Positions 41,157-49,644 of a stretch of DNA of 64,000 nucleotides are shown piece after piece. A model generated the notes under the pieces. That model had not been told where the DNA came from. It saw nothing but the letters and a program-made list of their open reading frames with translations, and did not search any database. A program made the translations under genes and the position numbers. Origin of the DNA: an uncultured Eubacteriales bacterium (GTDB lineage Bacteria; Bacillota; Clostridia; Christensenellales; Aristaeellaceae); contig CACYGY010000003.1 in assembly GCA_902774025.1 (NCBI GenBank), positions 17,480 through 81,479 on the forward strand, given 5' to 3'. How positions within the stretch are numbered: position 1 is the stretch's first letter; each line of letters begins with the position of its first letter.

Positions 41157-42197
41157 TCAGGAGATTCTATCACCGTCCGGGGAAGGACGCCAGTGTGTCT
41201 CCACGTCCCGGACAAGGACCATTTCTGTCCGGATGGATTCAGGGCATGTCAGGTCCAGATCCACGATTCTCCCACCCCGCAGGGAATCTCTCTCTTCCCC
41301 GCTCAGACCGTACGCCTGATAACCGATGCTGCCGTCATAGCCCAGGCGGATGCCGCAGTACAGACCGTCGAAGGTGTTGTTGTGGTCATGACCGGTGAAG
41401 ATGGCCCGGACGTCTCCCCGCTGCAGTACGGCGGCAAAGAGGCCGGAATTGACGGTGGAGCAGCAGATGCGCTCCCTGTTTTCACCTCGCATGCCCGTTT
41501 CCCGGGGGTTTCGGATGAGGGCGTGAAACTCCGGCAGGGGAATATGGAAGCACATGAGGGAGGGAATCCGGCCGCCGTTTTCCTTCTCCAGGGTCAGGGA
41601 GGTCTGGAAATACCACTGGACCTGCTGGAAGCAGATGAATTCGTCGTCCGATTTTCCCCAGGGAGGATCCGGTAAAAGCAGATCCTTTATCAGTTCCCCC
41701 GGCTGAGCCAGAGGGCAGGATGGATGCCGCAGGTCCTGATGGGAGTCCAGAGCCCAGATGCCGAAGACGGTCCGGCCCCGGGCGTCCCGGATGGGCAGAA
41801 AATAGTTGCCCACCCCCGGGATGTCTTCCGGCCCCGGGCGGGAGAGGCAGTGGGGAAAGGACTCATAAAGGGTTTCCTGCCATGCCTTGGACAGAACAGG
41901 CGTCTCGTCGTGATTCCCGAACACATGAGCCCAGGGAATGTTCCGTTCTTCCATGGGGGTGACCAGGCGGGTTATGACAGAGCGGAGATGGTCCTCGTGC
42001 TCGCATCCCCCCTCCTGATCCCCCAGGAGCATGACCAGGTCCGGATGGGTATATGCCAGCAGTTTTTCCACGGCGTCGGGGGTTCGCCGGTCATCCCCCG
42101 GGCGCAGGTGTGCGTCTGACAGGAGGAGGATGCGGAAATGCCCCTCAGGGTTAAAGGTCAGGGGAATGCGCGGGGCAAACTGATCCAGGAGCAGCAT
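41157..42197 (-). CDS. Calcineurin-like metallophosphoesterase
   Basis: Motifs ILLLSDAHL, GDQ, GNHD and TGHDHNN. AAGGAGG SD. Confidence 0.8.
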   Translation of the reverse strand: MLLLDQFAPRIPLTFNPEGHFRILLLSDAHLRPGDDRRTPDAVEKLLAYTHPDLVMLLGDQEGGCEHEDHLRSVITRLVTPMEERNIPWAHVFGNHDETPVLSKAWQETLYESFPHCLSRPGPEDIPGVGNYFLPIRDARGRTVFGIWALDSHQDLRHPSCPLAQPGELIKDLLLPDPPWGKSDDEFICFQQVQWYFQTSLTLEKENGGRIPSLMCFHIPLPEFHALIRNPRETGMRGENRERICCSTVNSGLFAAVLQRGDVRAIFTGHDHNNTFDGLYCGIRLGYDGSIGYQAYGLSGEERDSLRGGRIVDLDLTCPESIRTEMVLVRDVETHWRPSPDGDRIS

Positions 42198-42215
42198 AAT
42201 TCGCCTCCTTCGGTG

Positions 42216-42254
42216 AAAAAAAGGGCCGGAGACCGCCTGAAGGCGGCCTCCGGC
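42216..42254 (-). terminator. Strong intra-locus terminator/attenuator directly after the solute-binding-protein gene
   Basis: Minus strand reads GCCGGAGGCCGCC-TTCA-GGCGGTCTCCGGC (13 bp, one G-U pair), then CC and TTTTTTT. The SD of the next gene begins 5 nt later. Confidence 0.75.
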
Positions 42255-42266
42255 TGCTCGCAGGGA

Positions 42267-43850
42267 TTATTTGGAGTGATACCACTCGTTGGCTTCTTCG
42301 GTGATGACTTTGCCGCCCATCTGATACCAGGACTCCACAAAGCTGTCGAAGCTGTCCACGGGCATCTCACCGGTGATGATGGCCACGTAGGTGGTCTGAC
42401 GCAGCGTATCCATGCTGGTCCAGTAGTTGGGCATGGAAGCGGTGGTGATGGGAAGCATGGTGTTGGAATAGCCGCCGGTTCTGAACTGGGGCAGGGACTT
42501 GGCCCATTCGTACTGGGCGGGCTTGACCTTCATGGCGAAGAAGGGATTCTGCAGGGTGTTGAACATGTTGGTGTGGGAACCTTCGTCCACCCGCTCATGG
42601 CCTTCCTTGGCCACATAGCCCAGGAGCTCGTCATAGTCGTACTGATCCGACTCCAGATCCCAGTTCCAGATCTTCAGCCAGGTGTCGAAATCGGAACCGA
42701 TGGTGTTGATCATCTCAAGGATCCTCGCCACCTTGGCGGGCTGGTCCTTCAGCTTGTAGCTGAACACCACGGCTTCGTCGGTGGTCAGGCCCCAGCTCTC
42801 GCCGCCCTGCTTTCCGTCAGGACCGGTGGGGTTGAAGCCGATGATCATGTTCTCATAGCCCACGGTGGAGGCAAAGGTGCGCATGGTCCGTCCATACTGG
42901 AAGTTGCCGCCCTCGCCGGTCTCCTCATTCTTGGGTCCGTCGAAGTCAGGCGCCAGGTGATAGTAGGCACCGGAGGAGGAGAAGCCGATCTGGCCGTTTT
43001 CGAAGGGAACGGACAGAGCCCAGTAGCCGCCCTGATTCTCGCCGGTGATGAACTCGGGATCGATCAGGCCGTCCTTGTACCACTTGGCCAGCAGGGCCAG
43101 GGCATCCTTCATGCCGGGATACACGGCGCCGTAAACGAGATTGCCCTCGCCGTCATCCACCCAGCGGTCCGGCAGAGCGCCGAAAGCGCCGAAGATGGGG
43201 TTCATGCCGGTGTTGCTCAGGGCATAGGTGTTCTTGATGCCGTCGCCGTCGGGATCGTCATTGGCGAAGTGATAGAACACTTCCTCACACTCTTCCAGGG
43301 TCATGGGAACCTTGCCGTTGTCATAGCCGAACTTCTTCAGCCAGTCAGCGCGCCAGAAGGGAGCGTAGTTGAAGTAGCCGTCGCCGTTGACGCGGGGCAG
43401 GCCATAGTTCTTGCCGTTGTAGGACACGTTGTCAAAGCAGCCGGGGTCATACTCGATCAGCCAGGCATAGCCTTCGGGCATGCACTGCTTGACGACTTCC
43501 AGGGGCAGTTCCATGACCACGCCCTGCTTGACGAACTTGGAGAACTGGGTGGCATTCTGGAGCATGAACACGTCCGGGATCTCGCCGCCCATGATCCGGG
43601 TGGTGAGGAGTTCGTCATAGTTCTCTCTCTCCAGGAACCACATATCCAGTGTCACATTGAACTTTTCTTCCAGCCACTTCACCACGGTGTCGCCTTCCGC
43701 GATGGGTTCGGTGTCATGACCGGCCAGCCAGGCGATGGTGATCTTTTCCGCGGGATCGGAGACATAGGCGCTCAGATCCACTTCGGCCAGGGCTCCGGCG
43801 ACGGACATGAGCATCACCAGAGCTGTCAGCATTGCCAACCACTTCTTCAT
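42267..43850 (-). CDS. Large extracellular solute-binding protein of a carbohydrate ABC importer (LplA/LipO-like)
   Basis: Signal peptide MKKWLAMLTALVMLMSVAGALA, a length of about 527 aa, position next to two sugar-type permeases, and an AAGGAGG SD. Confidence 0.8.
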   Translation of the reverse strand: MKKWLAMLTALVMLMSVAGALAEVDLSAYVSDPAEKITIAWLAGHDTEPIAEGDTVVKWLEEKFNVTLDMWFLERENYDELLTTRIMGGEIPDVFMLQNATQFSKFVKQGVVMELPLEVVKQCMPEGYAWLIEYDPGCFDNVSYNGKNYGLPRVNGDGYFNYAPFWRADWLKKFGYDNGKVPMTLEECEEVFYHFANDDPDGDGIKNTYALSNTGMNPIFGAFGALPDRWVDDGEGNLVYGAVYPGMKDALALLAKWYKDGLIDPEFITGENQGGYWALSVPFENGQIGFSSSGAYYHLAPDFDGPKNEETGEGGNFQYGRTMRTFASTVGYENMIIGFNPTGPDGKQGGESWGLTTDEAVVFSYKLKDQPAKVARILEMINTIGSDFDTWLKIWNWDLESDQYDYDELLGYVAKEGHERVDEGSHTNMFNTLQNPFFAMKVKPAQYEWAKSLPQFRTGGYSNTMLPITTASMPNYWTSMDTLRQTTYVAIITGEMPVDSFDSFVESWYQMGGKVITEEANEWYHSK

Positions 43851-43899
43851 ACAGAGACCTCCTTAAGATTGTTTATTTCAGGCACTTCCCGGTGCCCGG

Positions 43900-43917
43900 G
43901 GTTCAGGTTCAGGTTCA
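43900..43917. repeat. Hexamer GGTTCA x3 (minus strand TGAACC x3), giving three in-frame TGA codons at the end of the permease gene
   Basis: Read directly. The first TGA (43915-43917) is the annotated stop. Confidence 0.7.
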
Positions 43918-44832
43918 GCCTTTCAGGGAGCCGATGAGGACGCCCTTGACGAAATACTTCTGCAGGAAGGGATAGACACAGATGATGGGGATGGTGGCCA
44001 GCATGATGGAGGCCGCCCGCAGGGTGACGATATCCGTGTCCGTCTGATTGGCCACCGCCTCCGCCACCGACGTCATTTCCTTGGAGTCAGTGAGGATGAT
44101 GCGGCGGAGCACGACCTGCAGCACATACTTGTTGGGATCGGTGATATAGAGGAGACAGTTGAAATAGGCATTCCAGTTGCTGACGATGACCCACAGGCTG
44201 ATGGTGGCCAGAATGGGCATGCTCAGGGGAAGGATCACCCGCACCAGAACCTGCAGGGAGCTGGCGCCGTCAATGGTGGCGGCTTCCTCCAGTTCCGTGG
44301 GCAGGGTCATGAAGTAGTTTCTGGCGATGATCACATGGGAGGAGGAAACGCAGGCCGGGAGAATGATGGCAAAATAGGAGTTTCGCATGCCCAGGGTGTT
44401 GTTCACCAGAAGATAGGTGGGAATCATGCCGCCGGAGATGAACATGGTGGTGATGATCATGCCGGTGAACAGTCCACGGAAGGGAAGGTCCTTCTTGGAC
44501 AGGGGATAGCTGCTGAGCACCACGCCCACAAGGGAACAGGACCAGCCCAGGAGCACCACCTTGATGGTGTTGGCGTATCCCTTCCACAGATAGGACGCGT
44601 TGAACATGCGGATGTAGGCGTCCCAGCTCCAGGACTGTGGCCAGAGCTTGAACCCTGCGGCGGAGGCATAATCCGGAGAGGTGAAGGAGGTGACGAGGAC
44701 ATGCCAGTAGGGATAGAGGAAAGTCAGTCCCATGAGAAGGAAAACGATGGTAAGGATGGTCTGGAACAGGCCCTCACCCCGGTTTTCCAGAACCCGGGTG
44801 CTCCCCTTCATTTTTTTCTTTGCCTTTGTCAT
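43915..44832 (-). CDS. Carbohydrate ABC transporter permease (LplC/YtcP-like)
   Basis: Six helices with an EAA-loop-like LEEAATIDGASSLQV. GGAGGGAGG SD. Confidence 0.85.
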   Translation of the reverse strand: MTKAKKKMKGSTRVLENRGEGLFQTILTIVFLLMGLTFLYPYWHVLVTSFTSPDYASAAGFKLWPQSWSWDAYIRMFNASYLWKGYANTIKVVLLGWSCSLVGVVLSSYPLSKKDLPFRGLFTGMIITTMFISGGMIPTYLLVNNTLGMRNSYFAIILPACVSSSHVIIARNYFMTLPTELEEAATIDGASSLQVLVRVILPLSMPILATISLWVIVSNWNAYFNCLLYITDPNKYVLQVVLRRIILTDSKEMTSVAEAVANQTDTDIVTLRAASIMLATIPIICVYPFLQKYFVKGVLIGSLKG

Positions 44833-44847
44833 ACGTCCTCCCTCCCC

Positions 44848-45783
44848 TTACCACAGTCCGTATTCATTGACCCGGCGGGAAATGAAATTGGCGCCGAGGA
44901 CAAGAAGCAGGGAAATGACATTGCGGAACAGATCCGCTGCCGTGGAATAGGAATAGTCCATGTTGGTGATGCCCTGGCGGTAGATGTAGGTGCCCAGCAC
45001 GTCGCCCACGGAGTAGACGGCAGGATTCAGGAGGTTGAACACCTGATCAAAGTTGTCATCCACCAGGCCGCCCACCGCCAGGATCAGCATGATGGTCACG
45101 GTGGGCAGAATGCCCGGAAGGGTCACATGCCAGATCCGCTTCCAGCGCCCGCAGCCGTCCACCCGGGCCGCGTCATAGAGCTCCTCATTGACGCCACCGA
45201 GGGCTGCCAGATAGATAATGGAACTCCAGCCGATGGTTTTCCAGATATTGGTCACCACCAGTGTTCCCCGGAAATACTTGGGATTCCCGAGAAAATAGAT
45301 GGGGTCTCCCCCGAAGATACGGATCAGGGTGTTGACGGGGCCGCGGGTGGGAGAGAGCAGTTCCATGAAAATACCGGTGAGAATGACCCAGGAGATGAAA
45401 TGGGGAAGATAGCTGATGCTCTGGGTGACCCGCTTGAACCCCGGGGAGCGCAGCTCATTGAGCAGAAGCGCCAGGATAATGGGAGCGGGAAACCCGAAGA
45501 GAAAATTCAGACCAGAGAGGATCAGCGTATTCCGGAACACATTGCCGAAATCGTAGGAGGAGAAGAGCCGGTTGAAATTATCCAGGCCGACCCAGGGACT
45601 CCCGGTAATGCCGTCCAGAAGACGGAATTCCTTGAAGGCCAGTGTGATGCCGTAAAGGGGACCGTATCGGAAGAGGATCCACCAGAGCATCACGGGGATG
45701 ATCATCAGAAGGTGCAGTCGATGCTTCCGGATCCGTTTCCCGAGGGGCACTTTTCCGCTGACTGCTGTGTGAGGGGAAGACAT
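44848..45783 (-). CDS. Carbohydrate ABC transporter permease (LplB/YteP-like)
   Basis: Six helices with the EAA loop LYDAARVDGCGRW. The start is ambiguous between ATG 45783 (MSSPH) and ATG 45828, and neither has a strong SD. Confidence 0.8.
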   Translation of the reverse strand: MSSPHTAVSGKVPLGKRIRKHRLHLLMIIPVMLWWILFRYGPLYGITLAFKEFRLLDGITGSPWVGLDNFNRLFSSYDFGNVFRNTLILSGLNFLFGFPAPIILALLLNELRSPGFKRVTQSISYLPHFISWVILTGIFMELLSPTRGPVNTLIRIFGGDPIYFLGNPKYFRGTLVVTNIWKTIGWSSIIYLAALGGVNEELYDAARVDGCGRWKRIWHVTLPGILPTVTIMLILAVGGLVDDNFDQVFNLLNPAVYSVGDVLGTYIYRQGITNMDYSYSTAADLFRNVISLLLVLGANFISRRVNEYGLW

Positions 45784-46043
45784 GCTGTCACCCGCCTTTC
45801 CCGGAAAAGAATGTGCATTTTTGACCATTGCGTGGCCCCATGCTAACAGACAGAAGGAGCGCTCACAAGACCAATAATCTGATCCGGAAAGCCAAAAAGA
45901 TGATCAAAAGGCTCGAATCTGACCAGATTTTCCATCTTTTATGTTCGATTTTTGGATATCAGATGTTTGATGCGATCTGGGCGGCCAAAAAAAGGGCGGA
46001 GCCGGAGGGCCTGTCAGGATTCAGGATCCGATCTTCGCCGGGC

Positions 46044-46069
46044 ACAAAAAAAGGCGGCGGGGCCGCCTT
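46044..46069 (-). terminator. Intrinsic terminator after glgX
   Basis: Minus strand reads AAGGCGGC-CCC-GCCGCCTT followed by TTTTTTTGTG, beginning 2 nt after the stop. Confidence 0.85.
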
Positions 46070-46071
46070 CG

Positions 46072-48126
46072 TTATGGTCTGGCTTCCAGGATCATGGAGG
46101 AACGGGGAAAGAGGCGCACCGGACCGTTCTCCGTCAGGCTGTTTCCGTCATGGGATGACAGGACCAGGCGCCAGTGAAATCCGGCGGGCACAACGGGCAG
46201 GGTGAAATCGTGCGTTTCCCAGTGGGCATTCAGGAGGATGTAAAGGAAGGCATCCGATTCGGTTCCGTACTTTTCATGATCCTCTGCCCAGAGAAGGGCC
46301 AGGGTCAGGGTGGGTGTGTTCCAGTCCAGATTCCAGGGCACAGGTCCGTGGAAGGACAGCTCCGGATAGCCGGTTCCATTGGGATCCGTGTCAAAATGGT
46401 CAGCCCGGAGGACGGGATGGGCAGCGCGGAAGGCCAGAAGGGTGCGGAGGCTGTCATACAGGTCCCGGTGCTCCTCCAGTTTTTCCCAGTTCAGCCACGA
46501 GATCGGATTATCCTGACAGTAGGCATTATTGTTGCCCCCCTGACTGCGGGCCATTTCATCCCCGGACAGGAGCATGGGGGTGCCCCGGCTGACAAGCAGA
46601 AGGGTGAGCATATTCTTCATCTGCCGGATGCGGAGGGCGAGAATGTCCTGATCCTCCGTGTCTCCCTCCCATCCGCAGTTCCAGCTGAGGTTCCAGTCCG
46701 TGCCGTCCCGGTTGTCCTCTCCGTTGGCTTCATTGTGCTTCTGGTTGTAGGCGGTGAGGTCGTAGAGGGTGAACCCGTCATGGCAGGTGACGAAATTAAT
46801 GGAGGCGGCGGGACTCCGGCTGCCATACAGGTCGGGGGAGCCGCAGATGCGCCGGATCAGTTCCGGGGAGGCGTCTGCGTCCCCTTTGACAAAGCGGCGG
46901 ACGCAGTCCCGGAACAGACCGTTCCACTCGGACCAGCGGTTCCAGGAGGGGAAGGAACCCACCTGATACAGACCTCCGGCGTCCCAGGCCTCGGCGATGA
47001 GCTTGCACCTGCCCAGCACAGGGTCCAGGGCCAGCGCTTCCAGGATCGGCGGGGACTGCATGGGCTGGCCGGATTCGTCCCGGGTGAGGATGGAGGCCAG
47101 ATCGAAACGGAATCCATCAATATGATAGGCGGTGACCCAGTAACGCAGACAGTCCAGGATCATGCTGCGCACAACGGGATGATTGCAGTTCATGGTGTTG
47201 CCGCAGCCGCTGTAATTCATGTATTCCCCCTGAGGGGTGAGGAGATAATAGGTCCGGTTGTCCACGCCCCTGAAGGAGATGGTGGGTCCCTCCAGGTCCA
47301 TCTCTGCCGTGTGATTGAAGACCACGTCCAGAATGACCTCAATGCCGTTCTGATGCAGGGTCCGGACCATGTGCTTCAGCTCGTCCGCTTCCATGCCCAG
47401 ATGACCGGAGGCGGCGTAGCCGGCCTTGGGGGCAAAAAAGCCCAGCGTGGAATAGCCCCAGTAATTGATGCGCTTCGGGAAGGTTTCCATCTCGTCGAAG
47501 GCAAACACGGGCATCAGCTCCACACAGTTGATCCCCAGTTCCCTGAGGTGGGGAAGCTTTTCCAGCACTCCCGCGAAGGTGCCGGGGTGACGGACCTGAC
47601 TGGAGGGATGGGCGGTGAAGGAGCGGATGTGCATCTCATAGATCACCAGGTCTGTCAGAGGTCGGTCGGGAATCTCCTCACCGTCCCAGTCATAATCCTC
47701 CGGGATGATTCTTCCCCGGTGCTGGAAGGCACAGGCGGGGTTCCGGGGGCTGCGCCATATGTCCCGTCCGGAGACGGAGCGGGCATAGGGATCCAGAAGG
47801 ACGCGTTCAGGATCAAAGAGGAGTCCTTCCTCCGGGCGCCAGGGCCCATTAAAACGGTAGCCGTATTCCACAGACTCCGGGTTCAGGCCGAAGACCAGCA
47901 TGGTATACACGTCCCCGATTCTGAAGCCGGGCAGGAAAGGAATTTCCGCGAAGGGAGCCTCATCCCCCGCGTGGTACAGGACCAGGGTGCACCCCGTGGC
48001 TTCCCTGGAATAGACGCTGAAGTTCACGCCCCCGTCCAGAAGGGATGCGCCAAAGGGAAAGACATGACCGGCCCGGTACTGAAGTGATCCGGCCTGATGG
48101 GTGGGAAAGGTGTCGATTCTCGGCAA
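46072..48126 (-). CDS. glgX: Glycogen debranching enzyme / isoamylase-type GH13 (GlgX-like)
   Basis: GH13 conserved regions DVVFNHT, GFRFDLASIL, EAWDAGG and FVTCHDGFTL, plus an N-terminal CBM48-like segment. The only start with an SD (AAGGAGAAGGAA) is a TTG at 48126. Confidence 0.85.
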   Translation of the reverse strand: MPRIDTFPTHQAGSLQYRAGHVFPFGASLLDGGVNFSVYSREATGCTLVLYHAGDEAPFAEIPFLPGFRIGDVYTMLVFGLNPESVEYGYRFNGPWRPEEGLLFDPERVLLDPYARSVSGRDIWRSPRNPACAFQHRGRIIPEDYDWDGEEIPDRPLTDLVIYEMHIRSFTAHPSSQVRHPGTFAGVLEKLPHLRELGINCVELMPVFAFDEMETFPKRINYWGYSTLGFFAPKAGYAASGHLGMEADELKHMVRTLHQNGIEVILDVVFNHTAEMDLEGPTISFRGVDNRTYYLLTPQGEYMNYSGCGNTMNCNHPVVRSMILDCLRYWVTAYHIDGFRFDLASILTRDESGQPMQSPPILEALALDPVLGRCKLIAEAWDAGGLYQVGSFPSWNRWSEWNGLFRDCVRRFVKGDADASPELIRRICGSPDLYGSRSPAASINFVTCHDGFTLYDLTAYNQKHNEANGEDNRDGTDWNLSWNCGWEGDTEDQDILALRIRQMKNMLTLLLVSRGTPMLLSGDEMARSQGGNNNAYCQDNPISWLNWEKLEEHRDLYDSLRTLLAFRAAHPVLRADHFDTDPNGTGYPELSFHGPVPWNLDWNTPTLTLALLWAEDHEKYGTESDAFLYILLNAHWETHDFTLPVVPAGFHWRLVLSSHDGNSLTENGPVRLFPRSSMILEARP

Positions 48127-48171
48127 GGGTTCCTTCTCCTTCCTTCAGATTCATCCGGTGACGGGACACGG

Positions 48172-49632
48172 TCAGTTGTCAGACCTGTTGTATCCGTTCT
48201 TCATGCGGCGGCTGACCTCATCCACCAGTTTGTTCAGGATTTCCGTGGTTTTTTTTCGGGCCATGGTGCACAGGTCCTCATTGGCCTTTTCCAGCAGCCC
48301 GGGATCCGGGTTCTCCATCATCTGCAGGTCACAGCTTCGCAGGATCTGTCTGCCCCCGGTCATGACGGCGGCCTGATAGCGCTCCACGGCCTGGATACAG
48401 GCGCCGTAGCAGGAATCCGCCAGGGCTCCGATGAGCCGGCTGGACCAGTAGAAGTTTTCCGTGGACACATCCGTCCGGACCCGGCTCAGGTAGTCGGGGA
48501 TTCTGGACACATTGGCATACACGGGCAGAAGAGCATCAAAGGTGGTGGATCCGAAGCAGACCCATTCCACGCCCTGGATGGCCTCCGGCAGATCGCCGCG
48601 GATCTGGCATACGGAGGTGACACCGGTGCGGTTGATGCCGATAGACCGGTACATGCCCCGTTTTCCCGTGTCCTGATGGGTATAGGGATTGTAGGGCGTG
48701 CCCTGATAGTGGGCGGAGAGCATGTATTTCACGTCCTCCACCGCCAGTTTCCGCTCAGGAACAAGGGCCCAGGGAATGTTGTCGCTCTCCGGTGTGAAAT
48801 CCGCATTCTCTCCCTCCCAGCGGAAGGCGCGGGGGGCGAGATAACGGCCCATGAACCATGCGCGGGGCGTGTTGTAGAGATGATCCTGATCCGTATGGGA
48901 GCCGAAGACATCCCGGGGATTGAAGCGGCCGGACTGGTTCGTGTCCAGGTGATTCTCCGCGATGAATTCCCTCAGGTCATGGCTGCAGAGATGCGCCTCC
49001 TGCGGACCGAAAGCGTCCTCAAGGTCAAAGCTGTCCATGCCGAACTGATTGGGCTGGATGACACAGACGTCATCCGGCACCCGCCGGGCCATCCAGTGAT
49101 GGCCGCCGATAGTTTCCAGCCACCAGATTTCCCGGGCGTCATTGAAGGCAATGCCGTTGGATTCATAGGTGCCGTACTTCTCCAGCAGCTGACCCAGGCG
49201 GAGAACGCCTTCCCGGGCACTGCGGATATAGGGAAGAATCAGGACCACCATGTCTTCTTCCCCGATCCCGCCGGGAACTTCCTTCCGGCCCTTTTCCCGC
49301 TTCTGGTATTCCACCAGGGGATCCGCCGCGAGAACCCGGGGATTGCTGGTGATGGTTTCCGTGGCTGTCATGCCTACATTGGCGCTGTTGATGCCGGTGG
49401 CGGCCCAGATGCCGTGTCTGCGGTCCACATTGGGACAGGCGGTATAACGCAGGGGCTGATCCGGAAGCTCAAGGGTCAGGTGGGACAGAACGCTCCTGTA
49501 TTTCCTCGGCTGTCTGTCCGGCTCCACCACCACCATCTTCTTGACGTCAAAGCTTCCGTCATCCGTGCGGGCGATGAGGGTGGAATGGTCATGGGTGGCG
49601 TTTCTGCCCACCAGAATGGTTGTGCAGGACAT
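48172..49632 (-). CDS. C69-family dipeptidase
   Basis: N-terminal MSCTTILVG places the nucleophilic Cys at position 3, as in Ntn-type C69 peptidases. Length is about 486 aa, with an AAGGAGG SD. Confidence 0.75.
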   Translation of the reverse strand: MSCTTILVGRNATHDHSTLIARTDDGSFDVKKMVVVEPDRQPRKYRSVLSHLTLELPDQPLRYTACPNVDRRHGIWAATGINSANVGMTATETITSNPRVLAADPLVEYQKREKGRKEVPGGIGEEDMVVLILPYIRSAREGVLRLGQLLEKYGTYESNGIAFNDAREIWWLETIGGHHWMARRVPDDVCVIQPNQFGMDSFDLEDAFGPQEAHLCSHDLREFIAENHLDTNQSGRFNPRDVFGSHTDQDHLYNTPRAWFMGRYLAPRAFRWEGENADFTPESDNIPWALVPERKLAVEDVKYMLSAHYQGTPYNPYTHQDTGKRGMYRSIGINRTGVTSVCQIRGDLPEAIQGVEWVCFGSTTFDALLPVYANVSRIPDYLSRVRTDVSTENFYWSSRLIGALADSCYGACIQAVERYQAAVMTGGRQILRSCDLQMMENPDPGLLEKANEDLCTMARKKTTEILNKLVDEVSRRMKNGYNRSDN

Positions 49633-49644
49633 GAAAAGACCTCC

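Noticed and set aside
45828-46205. A 125-aa plus-strand ORF in the permease/glgX gap.
   Set aside because: It runs through the glgX terminator and into the antisense of glgX. It has no SD, and the region is better explained as the promoter and operator region of the transporter operon.
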